Source of the DNA: Octopus sinensis
Taxonomy: Eukaryota
Direction: 5' to 3'
Assembly: GCF_006345805.1 (NCBI RefSeq)
Contig: NC_043008.1
Location: 4,278,001-4,342,000 of the forward strand
DNA: 64,000 bases
The position numbers and the translations under genes are program-made. How positions within the stretch are numbered: the stretch's first letter is position 1; every line of letters starts with the position of its first letter. Under the pieces are notes generated by a model that did no database searches, was not told where the DNA came from, and was given only the letters and a program-made list of their open reading frames with translations. Shown piece after piece: positions 26,101 to 39,459 of the stretch.

Positions 26101-27095
26101 CAAAATTTGTTTCAACACACAAATTCACATAAGGAATCTCGCAAACCACATTCAAAAACGAACCCATAGTTAGTTGTCTTAGAAATAGAACTTGTGTTCC
26201 AACATTAAATTTAGGTCACAATATTTAAAGTATTAATAAATCGATAAAGCAGAAATAATTTAGTCCATAATTTGAGAAGAATGGCAATTGTTGTATAGTA
26301 TAATTGGTAACAATATCACCCAGCAAACAACAGGCATATGGTTCAAGTCTTGTGTTGCTTATTCTGTCCAAGATTGCTGCTTAAAATGTCAAATATAATC
26401 ACTAGATTATGTCAATAGATTAAATGAGCTATCTATCACTTACTTAGTATTTTCCTTTTTTAAGTCAAATTACTTCTTGGTAAAATAATATCTTATTTTC
26501 TTCACGACCATCCCTTCCCAACTTTATCTTGTCTTTCTGTTCCTTTTTGACAGAAATGTTCTGGAAGACAACTGAAGCTAAGAATATTACATTCTGGATT
26601 GTTGATTTAATTTTAACATCTCACTGTTTGTCTGCAACTGACAGTCTTTCATTTGCAAGGTTTTTTGGTTTTGTTCCATTTTTTTTTTGTCTTAATCATA
26701 TATAAAAATTGTATGTGATTGAGTATATATGTACACATATATGTGTATGTATATACATATATGTATGTATTTATATATATGTATAATATATATACATGCA
26801 CACACTTATGTATGCATGTGCATAAATGTATATAGATGTAGATGTGTGCGTATGTGTGTGAGTATAATATACTTTCAATTGAGAATCCATTATAAATTGT
26901 AATACTGTAATGTAATAACACAATAAATTGTAATTTTGTAATGTAATAACTTTCGAAAGGTAACTCTCTGTCAATCTGTCTCTCTGGCTCACTCGCTGTC
27001 TGTTTGTCCTTCTGTCTGTCTTTCAATTTGATCAATCAGTTTCTTTCTTTCTTTGCCATTTTCTTAATGTTGACATTAAAGGAGAAACTGTTTCG

Positions 27096-27672
27096 TTTTG
27101 TTCTTTTTGTTTTGATAGATTCTATTTTATGAATTAATCAGAGTCTTAGAGTGGAAGATTCTGTACTTATTTTCATATAAATATAATGCTTTGAGATCAA
27201 GCTGTGTATACCATACATCACATCTAACTCAGCCTGCTGGAGACGGCAACCAAATCTCCTTCATGTGACACACAAACATCTTTAAAAGAAAAAGGTCACA
27301 GGAAAAAAACTAGTTGTAAATAAAGCTCAGGATGATCATGGTTGGAAAGCATTTCATCATAGTTTTGTTCTACATTCTTTTGTTCTTTTTTTTTGATAGA
27401 TTCTATTTTATGAATTAATCAGAGTCTTAGAGTGGAAGATTCTGTACTTATTTTCATATAAATATAATGCTTTGAGATCAAGCTGTGTATACCATACATC
27501 ACATCTAACTCAGCCTGCTGGAGACGGCAACCAAATCTCCTTCATGTGACACACAAACATCTTTAAAAGAAAAAGGTCACAGGAAAAAAACTAGTTGTAA
27601 ATAAAGCTCAGGATGATCATGGTTGGAAAGCATTTCATCATAGTTTTGTTCTACATTCTTTTGTTCTTTTTT
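27096..27672 (+). repeat. Near-perfect 281-bp tandem duplication, followed by a diverged third copy to ~27855
   Basis: GATAGATTCTATTTTATGAATTAATCAGAG starts at 27114 and 27395; a diverged AATAGATTCTGTTTTGTGAATTAATCACAGAG starts at ~27678. Confidence 0.95.
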
Positions 27673-30600
27673 TGTTTAATAGATTCTGTTTTGTGAATTA
27701 ATCACAGAGTCCAAAATTGAAGTATTTCTTTCTTATTTTCATGTCAATATGAAGCTGTACATATCAAGCTGTGAGTAGCACAGATAGCTTGCTCAAGCAG
27801 CAAACACATCTCCCTCAACTCGCATACAACATTACCAAATAGAAAAGGTAGTCTAAGGAAGTTTTGGCTGCTATTTCTTGCAAATCGAGAAATCATATAA
27901 AGGTTTGCATGTGCTAATATAGCAATTCATAGCAAAGGTGATCAGCACAAACAATCTGCTACAAATGGATTTTTTTTGATTGGCTAAAATTACATAAATT
28001 TAAATGCTTGTAACTTCTTTATTATTAATTTCTAGAATAAATGAATATGATTTTCATCATCAGCTAAAACTACAACAGAACTAAATTCTTTGAAAATAAT
28101 CTGGTGAAAATTAGAAAAAACTTCAAGTTGTTGGAAGGAATTTAACTGAATCCAACATTTTATGTCTGTATTTTTAAAGACTCTGTCTTTGACTTTGTTT
28201 ATCATGAGTTTGTATATGAAATTTCTCTTCAAGAAGAAAATATTTGGTCATTTGGGTTTTATTAATGCATTTAATAAATGTAGAATAAAATAGTTATTCT
28301 TACAGTTGGACATTGTCTGTGTGTCGGTTAACACCAACTTACTAAATAGTTAGAGAAGAGATATTTGTTTCTAATATAAGCAAAAGCCCTGAAATTTGAG
28401 GGAAGGGATTAATCGATCATTTGATGTCAATGCTTGACTGACTCTTTATTTTGGAGGAATGAAGAGATGAAAGGCAAAGTTAACCTCGACAGTATTTGAG
28501 TTCAGAGTGTAAAAAGTCAGAAGACGTACCACAGGGCAACAGGTATTGGTGTTCACTCAATGCCTTTGCAATGGTTTTGGATTTTACTGAATCCTCTTTC
28601 ATTAGCCATGGGAATCTACATCTATTATTTCCTGTACTGTTATTTGCCATTAACTTTGAAAAGACAAGTCAGAGACGTTCTGGCCATGACCATCCTGAAT
28701 ATATTTTTTGCAGGTAGAGAGGATCTACCTGATGTGTCTTTTCTTTTGTTGCTGTTGTTGTTGCTTCACCCCAAGATTCAAGTAAACCTATGATCAAAGC
28801 CATTACAACTATGTCCAACTTTTTTTCATTTTTTTTTGTGGTGGGTATGGGTGGCAGTTAGACATAAGTGTATCTCAGACTACATTATACAATGTGTATT
28901 TTTTCTTTTGTTGTTCCATGATTTTTATTTATTCATTTATTCATTGTTATTATTCATTTATTTATTTTATAGGCATAGTGTATCAAGGATACTTTTCAAA
29001 GTGTTCTTTTACTTTGGAAGATGGTATGATGTGATTTAAAGGAAATTTGGCTGCTGTTTCTTGCTTCTCAAGCAAATGCATAGAGACTTCAATGAAATGT
29101 TATCATTTTTAGGTGAATTCAAATGAAAGAAGTTTTAGCTAGCATCCAAATTATTCTTTTAAACTTGACTGCTTTGTAAAAAAAAGAAATTTTAATATAA
29201 AAAATTAACTTCATGCTCTGCTGATAATGCTTTCCTTAACAATGATTAATGTAAATGTGTATATGCCTCTGTGTCTGTTACACTTGAATGGAATCTCTTG
29301 CAAGCACAACTGAAAGTACGAAAGTTGTTATATCAGAAATTGCTCAGCAGGAAGTTTATAATAACAGCAACTGTTGGCGTGACCAGAGAGTTACAACATT
29401 CAATCCACACTCATGAACTCATAGTTTCAATTCCATTGTATAGCACATTGGGAAAGTGGTTTCTTTTGTAGATTCTGATTGAGTCAAAAACTCTACCCTC
29501 CCTTTCCTTCAATGATTTTCCTAGGATTCCTTGCCATCCTTGCCTATCACTCCTTTCTATCTCCTTTCCTTCATAATTTCTGTCCATATTCATCCTTTAT
29601 AATGTTGGTAATTTCTAGACCAGAGGTTCTTAACCATCTTTTATCTATGAACTCCTTTGATTGCTATTTTATTCTGGGGAACCCCCTTAGCCATTCAGTG
29701 TTTTAAAACTAGTTTTATAGAAACTTATTTCAAAATTCCTATTTTGATTTTCTCTTGTGTAAGTTGAACTGAGTAAAATGTTAGAGAAAGAAACCATCTA
29801 AAGCAAAATTTTTTCTGGGCCTTTAAAATACTATCGTGGACCACTCAAAATCTCAAATGGAGTCCAGTTGAGAACCATTGCTCTACACCCTCCCTCTCAT
29901 ACAATCTATGACCTTTCAGTTCTATCCCACCTTTTGGTCAATAACCCCTGTCGCTAATCTCTTCCATCTCCCATCTTTCCATGCCACACCCCCCTCATCC
30001 ACTCTCACTTATAGGAGCCACTTTAGGCCCTTAGCTCTGCAAGTTATGAAGTGATCTTCATTAGCGCTGGTGCCACAGAAAAAGCATCCAGTACACTCTG
30101 TGAAATTGTTGAAGTATTCCAGCCATAGTAACCATGCCAAAGTAGAGATTAAATGATGATGTTGACGATGATGGTGGTGGTGATGTCTCACTTTGTGTCA
30201 TACTGGTTATACCTGGAAATGATATTGAGAGTACAAATACTTGTGATATACTCAGCTACTTACATTACTATAATACAAGAAGTAGGCAGTTCTGAAACCA
30301 ACAAAGAAGGATCCATTTAGCTGATTACATTTACTGGGAAATTTATTGTAGTATTTAACATGAATTGTCAATTAAATGAATTTGAATTCCTTTCTAACAA
30401 ACCAACATTAAAATTTTGTTAGTCATTCACTAATATTATTATTTTCTTTATCTATAAATAATTATTTCTGGTTAGCTTTTTAATGGTCTCTGCATTAAAT
30501 ATATTATCACTTAACTAGATTATTGTTTTACTTGTGGAGGCTACCTTTGAGTTAGACATTTTCGAAACAAAAGCTGAAAGCCTTGTTGAAATTATATTCA

Positions 30601-31884
30601 AAGTGCAAAGAACAGTGTTGCAAGAAATGAGAAGCAATGTATATCATCTTTATTTTACTGTTTTCAGGGTTGCTTTCATTAATTGCAATAAAATGTTATT
30701 ACTTTTATGACAATTCAAATGAAAATGTTTTTAGCTATCATTCATAATTTCTATTTAAAAAATGACTGTTTTGTGAAAAAAATAACCAAAATAAACAAAA
30801 AAGTAAGTTCATGCTCTAGTGATAATACTTTCCATAACAATGGTTAATGTAAGTGGGTTTTATACCAAACTCTCTTGCAGCTGAATGGTGGTTTCATAAA
30901 AAGTAATTGAAATTATCACGTTCCCCCACAGTGGTTGAAGAAAAGTATGATATGCTTTAGAGTAGGACAGTGAAAAACCTGGCAGCTTTTGTTTGTCTGC
31001 TTGAAAAATGTTTTGAATAGTATAACCAGACTGAATGAGTGTTTTAATTTTAGGAATTTTATGATAATGCTTTTTTCCCCCTCTTAATATTTAATGAGAA
31101 AGGGAGGGGCAGTACCAATGACCTTTGGCAGGTCTTCCAGACTAGAGAGATCAATATGGTTTCTATGTTGAGCTTGAACTTTTGCAGACTGCTGCTTGTA
31201 GAAAAAATGTGAGCAGTTCCGAGAAAGGATGTTACAACATCATCTTTTAATGTGAATTTTAACAGGAGTGAGATGGGGCCAAGGGACAGTAGGGATAATG
31301 ATAGGAGGAGACGTGGGTACACTAGGCAGTCTAAGCAGAGAGCATCGTAGTCCTATTTAATTTTGTTGTTGTTGCTTAACCCCAGGTCACGCATAACCCA
31401 TGAGCACTATGATCAAAGATCTAACACCACAACCATTTTATATTTCTTTTTCAGACATGATCTCTGTAGGATCACATTCACTAATATGTTCATTTAAAGA
31501 AAACAGAGCATAAATTGAGAGACTTAACTGCTGTTTCTTGCAGATTGAGTTTCTATGTATGGGCTCCCTCCCTCCCTCCCTCACTCATCTCGTCATAGTA
31601 GATGTGTCTGACAGAAAAAAACAAAAGAAAAGGAAACGACGAGCTGAGGAATTGGTTGTATTTTGCTGGTAAAGCAGTCTGTGTTAATTAGTCATTTGCA
31701 ATGGACATTTTTTAGGATCCATGGTCCGAAAGGCTTGAACAGGTATGGAAGCAGCACTGTCCCAGACATGTGAGCAGTGCTCTCATACAGCTTGCTCTTC
31801 AGTGATCAGATCTAAAATATTTTCCTGGCTCTCGATAATAACCTCAAGTTGTTATTTTGTGGCATTGTTTTATATAATAAATAA

Positions 31885-32035
31885 TAAATGCGCCCTTTTA
31901 AAGCCTAACCAGGCTCATGGGCCCGGTTTCTATGGCGTATGTGTTCCCCAGCTGGACGGGACACCAGTCCATTGCAGTGTTACTCATTTTTTCCAGCTGA
32001 GTGGACTGGAGCAACCTGAAATAAAGTGTTTTGGA
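31885..32035 (-). mobile_element. 5'-truncated SINE related to the 9481 element
   Basis: Contains CCAGCTGAGTGGACTGGAGCAACCTGAAATAAAGTG, the reverse complement of 9577-9612 with one mismatch, but has a different 3' part. Confidence 0.75.
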
Positions 32036-33467
32036 AAATGAGAATATAGTCTCTGATACACACCAATGAAACAGTTGTGTAATTGCCTAAATACCTAGCC
32101 ATAGTTACTCTGTTCTACCTTTAGATTGCAAGTTCAAATCTTACAAAGCAAACCTTGTTTTTTATTCCAGTAGGAATCTACTGAGATTTAATCAATCATT
32201 TATGTCCCCTCCTTGCTTATAAATATGTAATCTTGTTTGAATGCAATAAATCATTATTTAAAGCTGTTGAATATTTTATTTTACCTTGGCTAAGATTAAA
32301 GTTAAATTTATTTTTTTATGTCTCGTGTCATTTACGTTTCTAAGGGAAAAATGATCATAATAATTGTTTATCAATAATTTTTATAAATTTCAGTTTGCAA
32401 TAAATCTTTATAGAAATACAATATTGTCCTTTCACCATTCATCAAAAATGCTTTGTAGATGAAATCTATGTAGGAATTTAAAACTTTATATTTCCTATAT
32501 TTTTGTTCTTGCTCGCTTCTGTTATTCATATATTTCAACTGTTACATCAAGTGAAATATTTTATCTATAATCTATTTATAATATTCATTATTATTATTTT
32601 CTTAATATCTTTCTGCTAAGAGCAGCAGCACATCAAATGTCATCAAAATGTAGATGGAAAAAAAAAAAGAAAATATATAAAATAAGGGAAAGAAAAGAAC
32701 AATTATCTTATCAACTTCAGTATTATAACAATTGAAAGAAAAAATCATTTTAAATCCAATTATCAATTTTTCTCATGCGTAGTATTGTCATGAAACATTA
32801 TAATTATTAGTTGTTGTACCTTATTAAAAATAAAATGTCAGTAACTTTAAAGTGTTGATTTTGAAATTATCAATGCAAAAAAAAAATTGTTTTACAAATA
32901 CTATATCTCCCATCTCTGTTATCATTTCATCTATATCTCTTCTGCTCATTTCTCTAAAGCTTCTCCTATTATTCTCTCTCTCTCTCTCTCTCTTTATCAT
33001 ATACACACACATCCATCACACTCTCTTCTATCTCCCCATTGCTTTCATCCTGCTCTTCTTCTGTTACTCTCTCTCCCACCACCCACTTTATTACTCTTCT
33101 TTCTACCACCCTCTCATTCCTATCACCCTGGCTCTCGGCTGTCACTCTCTTTCTCTCTCCTTTTCACCTCTCTGCCTATGTCAAGGGAAACAGCAATACA
33201 TGACTACTAGTAATGAAATGGAAATTATCTCCCTTGACGCAAACTTGTCATGGGGGGTGGGGGGTGGAGAAATGAACAAAAGCAGACAAAGCAGAAATAG
33301 GAGATTCTCTTTGGTGTCGGTTGAGTGACTGGAAATAGTGTAAAGCAGAGAGGATTGTTTGGTCTTGCCAAGGACAAGACAACATCTATAGTGTTGGCAG
33401 CGGCGGCGGCGGCAACAGCGTATTTTCTTAGATGTTATTCTATCACAAAATAAGTAGTGATAACAAA

Positions 33468-33665
33468 AGGGAGCCTCTACATGGTCTTTCAACTTGCTAG
33501 AAATAGCAACCAAATTTCAATTCATACTTTACCATTTTATAAAAGGATAATTGTATAATGAATTCCTGAATACACAGAGAAAAAAAGATGTAATGATCAT
33601 GGCTGAAATAATTCATGATCACGGGTTTCTTTTACCATTCTGCTCTGGAGCTAAACAATAGCAAT
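33468..33665 (+). mobile_element. Abundant dispersed element with (CAA)n-like tail, probably a SINE
   Basis: Motifs GGAGCCTCTACATGG, GCTAGAAATAGCAACCAAAT, GATCATGGCTG and GGAGCTAAACAA; related copies at ~6480-6610, 6740-6920, 11370-11560, 23405-23550 (-), 31360-31550 (-), 54160-54370 (-) and 55575-55770 (-). Confidence 0.6.
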
Positions 33666-34049
33666 AAACTAGTATAGATTGTTTTCTGATTGCAGTCGGC
33701 TTTCAGCTGTTTGACGACAGCTTTTACCAAAGTAAAATATAAGTAAATCTGATCAACCAAACTTGCACTAGGTAAATCAGTAGGTACCTCTGCCAACATT
33801 CTCAATGAGAGAGTACTTCTCTGTGATTGATCTGCTAAAGATGGATACTAATCCCCCAAATAATACCCAACTGCCTTGGAGGAGAGACGAATGCGTTCAA
33901 TGTAGTAGATGTAGACAGACTTCTAAACCCCCAAATTATGAAATGGTTATGGCAGAAATGCCCTTGATCGTAGGCCTGCTCACTTTGGTTGACCAAGGAC
34001 CAAACAACTACTCTACACATCATTATCATCATCATTATAGCACCCATCT

Positions 34050-34290
34050 TTTGTCCACATTTCATATATTGGAAATCATCTTGACAGCCCTGCTGTGCAT
34101 CACCACTCATGTAACCCTTTTGCCAACAACACATTGATGAGGTTCTACAGCCTAAAATCTGACCTCATTACTTCTTCCTAGATCTTCTGTCATATTCTCT
34201 TGATCCTGACCGTATAATGCTGTTGCCATTCCTATATACCTCAGCCAACACTCTTAATTCCCAATCGAACTCTCATTTCAATATCTTCCT
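34050..34290 (-). mobile_element. Decayed RTE-like LINE 3' coding fragment
   Basis: The minus strand resembles the RTE C-terminus (GAAGAAGTAATGAGGTCAGAT = EEVMRSD); collinear with the RT fragment at 34930-35335. Confidence 0.45.
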
Positions 34291-34487
34291 ATATATTGGT
34301 ATTGCACACCCAACAGCTTTATAATCACCTCTTTTTTTTTTTTTACTGTAGCATCCTTGCACACACTCCACACTCAATAATCACGTTACTTATTAATTCC
34401 AGATACTCCATAGAGTTTGCTTTAGCAAAGAGAAAGATACTTTTCTTTGCCCAGAATTGCATAAACGTTTTTACAGAAGTAGGCATA

Positions 34488-34900
34488 GATGTGGCTGTGT
34501 GGTAAGAAGCTTGCTTCCCAACCACATTCTTTGAGATTCGATCCCACTGAGTGGCACCTTGGGCAAGTGTCTTCTACTATTATCTCAGGTCGAACAAAGC
34601 CTTATGAGTGGATCTGGTAGACAGAAACTGAAAGAAGACCATCATATATATATATATAAGATATGTATATGTATATATCTATGTTGCATGTTTGTGTATT
34701 TCCACCACCACCACCACCATTTGACAACTGATATTGGTGTGTTTACGTCCTTGTAACTTAGCAGTTCAGCAAAAGACACTGATAGAATAAGTAAAATAAG
34801 CCCTAAGGTCAATTTGTTTGATTAAAAAACTTTTCAAGGTTGTACCCCAGCATGGCCACAGTCAAATGATTGCCACAAAAGTCAAAGATAAAAGATGAAG
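34488..34900 (+). mobile_element. Near full-length tRNA-headed SINE inserted in the RTE relic
   Basis: GGCTGTGTGGTAAGAAGCTTGCTTCCCAACCAC...GAGATTCGATCCCACTG...TTGGGCAAGTGTCTTCTACTAT, an internal (TA) tract, and a 3' body ending CCCCAGCATGGCCACAGTC...AAAGATAAAAGA. Confidence 0.8.
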
Positions 34901-34929
34901 TAGTGACCACAGATTTATCAGCTTCATGA

Positions 34930-35335
34930 AGCAAACCATTTAAGCAATTCCAAGGATGCTTCCATTGCAATATACTTTTATCGCAAGATGCTTCTATATT
35001 ACTGTTCTTGTGCAGTTAACACTTGTGAAACCTTTGTCCCCTATCAGTCATATTGCAATAGTATCCTCATTATTTAAACTGACCGTACACTTTTGATCCT
35101 CCCATACCTCCTTTCTAATATTAGTAAAAGTTACTTTTCAGATGACATTCTACTAATTACATCTTTGGTCTTTGTTTTGGAATCTAAGCCATTGTTTGAA
35201 ATCTGGGATTTTGTCTTCAGCATGTCAATAGAACCTGCAATAAAAATTAGGTTATCAGTCTGTAAAAGTTGCTGTGGACATCCAGTTTTAAACTTTTGTG
35301 TCATTGCTTCAAGAAAAAACTGGGGGAAAAGCAAA
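34930..35335 (-). mobile_element. RTE-clade LINE reverse transcriptase fragment (decayed)
   Basis: LEAMTQKFKTGCPQQLLQTDNLIFIAGSIDMLKTK aligns by eye to RTE RT 'AITEEFKTGCPWELLYADDLVLIAES'; the catalytic YADD has decayed to QTDN. Confidence 0.7.
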
Positions 35336-36075
35336 TAACCCTGGTAAACACTTGGCTCTGCCTTTCATTCTTACAAATTTCACAGCCAGTCTTTGACCAC
35401 CCTAATATATGATGTGTGCAACACCCGGATACATTCATCTGTGCTTAATTTCCTCAAATTATAAACTGAAGGGATCCTATGAAAGGTATTTTTCAGATCA
35501 GCTAAAGAGGTTTGTTCTTAACTAAGCACTTCTGTTGCAGCTATTTCTCTAGAAGTATGTTAGCTATGTTCATAATGGTGGCAGCAAGTTCTACATCAAC
35601 ACCAACTGAACAAGTCTTTGATCAAAGGCAATCAGTATTGACCGCTTTATTCTTTTGAACATTCCATAATTAGGACTACTTTATCCCGTGTCCTTCCTGG
35701 GAAGCATTTGACTGCTATTTCTAGCAGATGTAACAACCATGTAGAGGCTTCCTAATTGGTTTGTGAAATTGTTTCTTATTCTGGTTGATGTTGGATGCAC
35801 TATTTAAAAATCTATAATGTAATGCTTTTTTCTCTTTTACTTGACAAGCCTAATGGAAGATGACGAAGTTAGATCCACTCCTGTAGGCATCGTCCTTTTA
35901 TAACAATTTTGATTGGCTGATAATGTTGGCATTATCACTCTTGCTTAGGTTTTGAATTTTAAAATTCCTAATAGGGAGATTTTCTCTATTTATTGCATGG
36001 ATAATCTCACATATATATGACTACACACATACACACACACATGTATAGCACTCTCATATGTGTATAACCACATAT

Positions 36076-36112
<37 letters not shown>

Positions 36113-37799
36113 CCCATATGCCCATGTATAACTCCCAATATGTAAAACCATACTCACATGCATGTATAACCACACACACACATTCAGGCAGAACAAGATA
36201 CACGCATAACGTATAAGCACAAACACACAATGTTGAATCACACAGACACACACATTCACAGCCACAGCACACCACACCAATCCATCAATGTTGAACGACA
36301 CATATGCACGTATACTCACACATTCGTATAGCAATACACACACGTATGCTACATGAATAACTACACACATAAAGAGCTAATGAAGGAGCCGCTCTGCAGT
36401 GATGCTTCCTCCCAGGAACACCGACCAAATTCCTTCAAATCTCCTCCTACCACATCTTAAAAAGGAAAGACCCATTGGCTAATGTCTTCTTAGATCTACA
36501 AAGGGAGAGATTGGTTGTGGATGGAATGTCTTTGATCACGAGTCTGCTGATCAGGGGCTAAAACAGTAATACCAGCAACAACCACAGAGACATACACACA
36601 CATACATATGTATAACCACACACTCAAGTAACTATACATATAAAACGATATATATATATATATATGTATATCACAATACACACGTACACACACAAACACA
36701 CAACACCACACATTCATATATAACCACGCAGTGATGCATAATCATGCACCCATAGAACCATGAATACAAAATACATACATTTATGCATCCATTTATATGT
36801 CATATCAGCTTTATATTTCCTGCTGTATGAATTAATTATTGAATTTTATGCATTTGTATCTATTTTGAAATGTTAAACGTGTATGAGGTGTTTAACTTAT
36901 TCATTTTTGAAGCATTTTTCATTCTGTTAATGAGAACCGAAGTATTTTAGTTGGCTGTATTTGAATAACATCAGAGAAAACTGAAAATAGGCCAAATCGA
37001 AATAGCATCAAAAATCAGCTTTATTCTATATTGTCTTTGAATTTGAGTCCTGTGTTCTTCATAATGTCATGTCTAAAACAAATAAATATTACTTTCTCAT
37101 ATATTGATTTATTTGTCACAAGAGACAAAACTGAATTATACTTAGTTTCCGTATAACACACACATTTATAACATACTAACATACACTTTCATATGTAATA
37201 TATTTGTAATACATACATGCATATGCATATATATATGCATACATACATACATGCATACATACATACATATATATATGCATATATATATATATATAAAACA
37301 TAGCATCCTCATAGACACGCATGCACAAACAGAAAACAGCACACACTCATGCACACACACTTCTACACATGTACAAACACACCCTCATGCACACACATAC
37401 ACAAGCATTCACAATATACACGTGCACGATAGCTTCATACACCCACGTGTACGCATACACAGACTGGGTTTCCTCATATACACACATAAACAGGAAATAT
37501 GGACACATAAGCCTGTTCACAGTTATCCCCCTTGTCACACACCTCTTGGGTCACCTCTCACAGTTTCCTCCCATGCCACTCATGCCTCTAACAACTTCTT
37601 CCTACTTCCAGTCATTTCAGCATCCAGTGACCATCTAATTGAGAATGTTTGTGCTTTTCTCCCTCCTCTTTTTCTCCCCTCCTCTTCTTTTCTTTCTCTA
37701 CATCATCATCATCATCATATGCTCAAAACATAAAAAGACTTTTTCTTCTATCTTTTCTGAGCATAAACCTAATACATGTATTCATGTTCGTAATTTTTA

Positions 37800-38367
37800 C
37801 CTGTTTGTTGTCTACACCACCTGTTTCTCAACTGCTATTCGGCCGTTATATTGACGACTGTATCGGTGTGACCTCACTCTCCCGTGAACATCTACACTCC
37901 TTCCTCTCTTTTCTCAAATCTTTCCATCCTGCCCTCCACTTCTCCTCCACCCACCCTAAACATACCAAGCTTTCCATCTTCTATTCCCAATTCCTCCGTC
38001 TACGCAGGCTCTGTAGTGACGACCATGACTTTGAGACTCAGTCTCAACTCATGGCTCTCCACTTCATCTTACGTGGATATCCCCTCACCACTATCCACAC
38101 CGCCCTTGCCACAGCATGTTCCATGAATCGTGCATCTGCTCCCTCCCCCTGCACCCATCCTGCCATCTCCCGTTTCCCCTCACCTACCACCCCACCACCC
38201 TACCTCTCCAATGCACCATTCTCCGAGCCTTCCGGCAACTCCAGTCCGACCCCTCCACTTTGCACATCTTCCCTAACCAACCCCTCCCCTCCTTCAAACG
38301 AGACTTCTTGGTCCACAGCTTCTTCCTTAACCCAACCTCCCAACCCGGCCTGTTCCCCTGCACCAGG
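37800..38367 (+). mobile_element. Penelope-like retroelement RT C-terminal fragment with internal deletion
   Basis: FGRYIDDCIG (YIDD at 37847-37858), FHPALHF, HPKHTKLSIFYSQFLRLRRLCSD...RGYP, then after a frameshift near 38175 PLTYHPTTLPLQCTILRAFRQLQSDP...FKRD...QPGLFPC. These are typical Penelope RT/thumb/linker motifs; the GIY-YIG endonuclease is absent. Confidence 0.88.
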
Positions 38368-38528
38368 CTCCTATCTGGTCTGGCAGAGTTTCTACAGCTG
38401 GATGCCCTTCTTTATGCCAATCACTCCAAGAGTGTAGTAGGTGCTTTTTATGTGCCACTGGCACAAAGGCCAGTCAGGTGGTTCTGGCAATAGCCATGCT
38501 CAAAAGGTGTTTTTTACTTGCATGGGAG

Positions 38529-38812
38529 CCAGTTTCCTTAAACCAAATTCCTCTTAAAGCTTTGTTCAGTCCAGAGCTATATAGCAGAAGACACTTGCCA
38601 AAGTTCCACACACAGGTACTGGACCTAAAAACCATGGGATTAGGAAGGAAATTTCTCAACCATGCAGCCATGTCTGCACAAAATATGTTTATATAATATA
38701 TTTTTGGTTGACATGGTTCATTCTTTATATTTGACCAATCTAGAGTCATTTTTTTTTTTTTGCCATCATTTATTCTCATAATATATATATATTAATGTCA
38801 AGACTGACTTGA

Positions 38813-38876
<64 letters not shown>

Positions 38877-39459
38877 TATACACACATTATACTGACAAAT
38901 GGATAATAATGTTACTAAACTTAGGTACTGTCTTAGAGCTGAATGTCTGTCTATGAAATACTTAAGGTGTTCACTGATACAATGCACATATTTTGAGAAT
39001 AAGCCAATGATGGATCCTCTTTGTGATTGTTTGAGGTGTTAGAAATACCAGGCAAGTCTCTTTTTCAAATCCCTTTCTACATTGAATACAGTATTGGGTA
39101 TACCATTCCCAACACAAGAGAAACTTGTTCAGAGTTGAAAAGATAGATAAAGAAATAAATAAACCTTTGATCATCCATTTGGTCAACCAGAAATAAAAAA
39201 TGACATTAATATATATATATTATGAGAATAAATGATGGCAAAAGAAAAAATGACTCTAGATTGGTCAAATATAAAGAATGAACCATGTCAACCAAAAATA
39301 TATTATATAAACATATTTTGGCTGCATGGTTGAGAAATTTCCTTCCTAATCCCATGGTTTTTAGGTCCAGTACCTGTGTGTGGAACTTTGGGCAAGTGTC
39401 TTCTGCTATAGCTCTGGACTGAACAAAGCTTTAAGAGGAATTTGGTTTAAGGAAACTGG
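38529..39459. repeat. Long near-perfect inverted duplication (arms 38529-38800 and 39201-39459; 400-bp spacer)
   Basis: The arms are reverse complements apart from a few small indels; each includes a SINE-head fragment plus adjacent unique sequence. Confidence 0.95.

Noticed and set aside
28700-29120. Further AG|GT juxtapositions (28713/28714, 29112/29113; also 482/483 and 15663)
   Set aside because: The donors are non-consensus, the pyrimidine tracts are short, or the sites lie inside repeats, so they were not counted as recursive sites.
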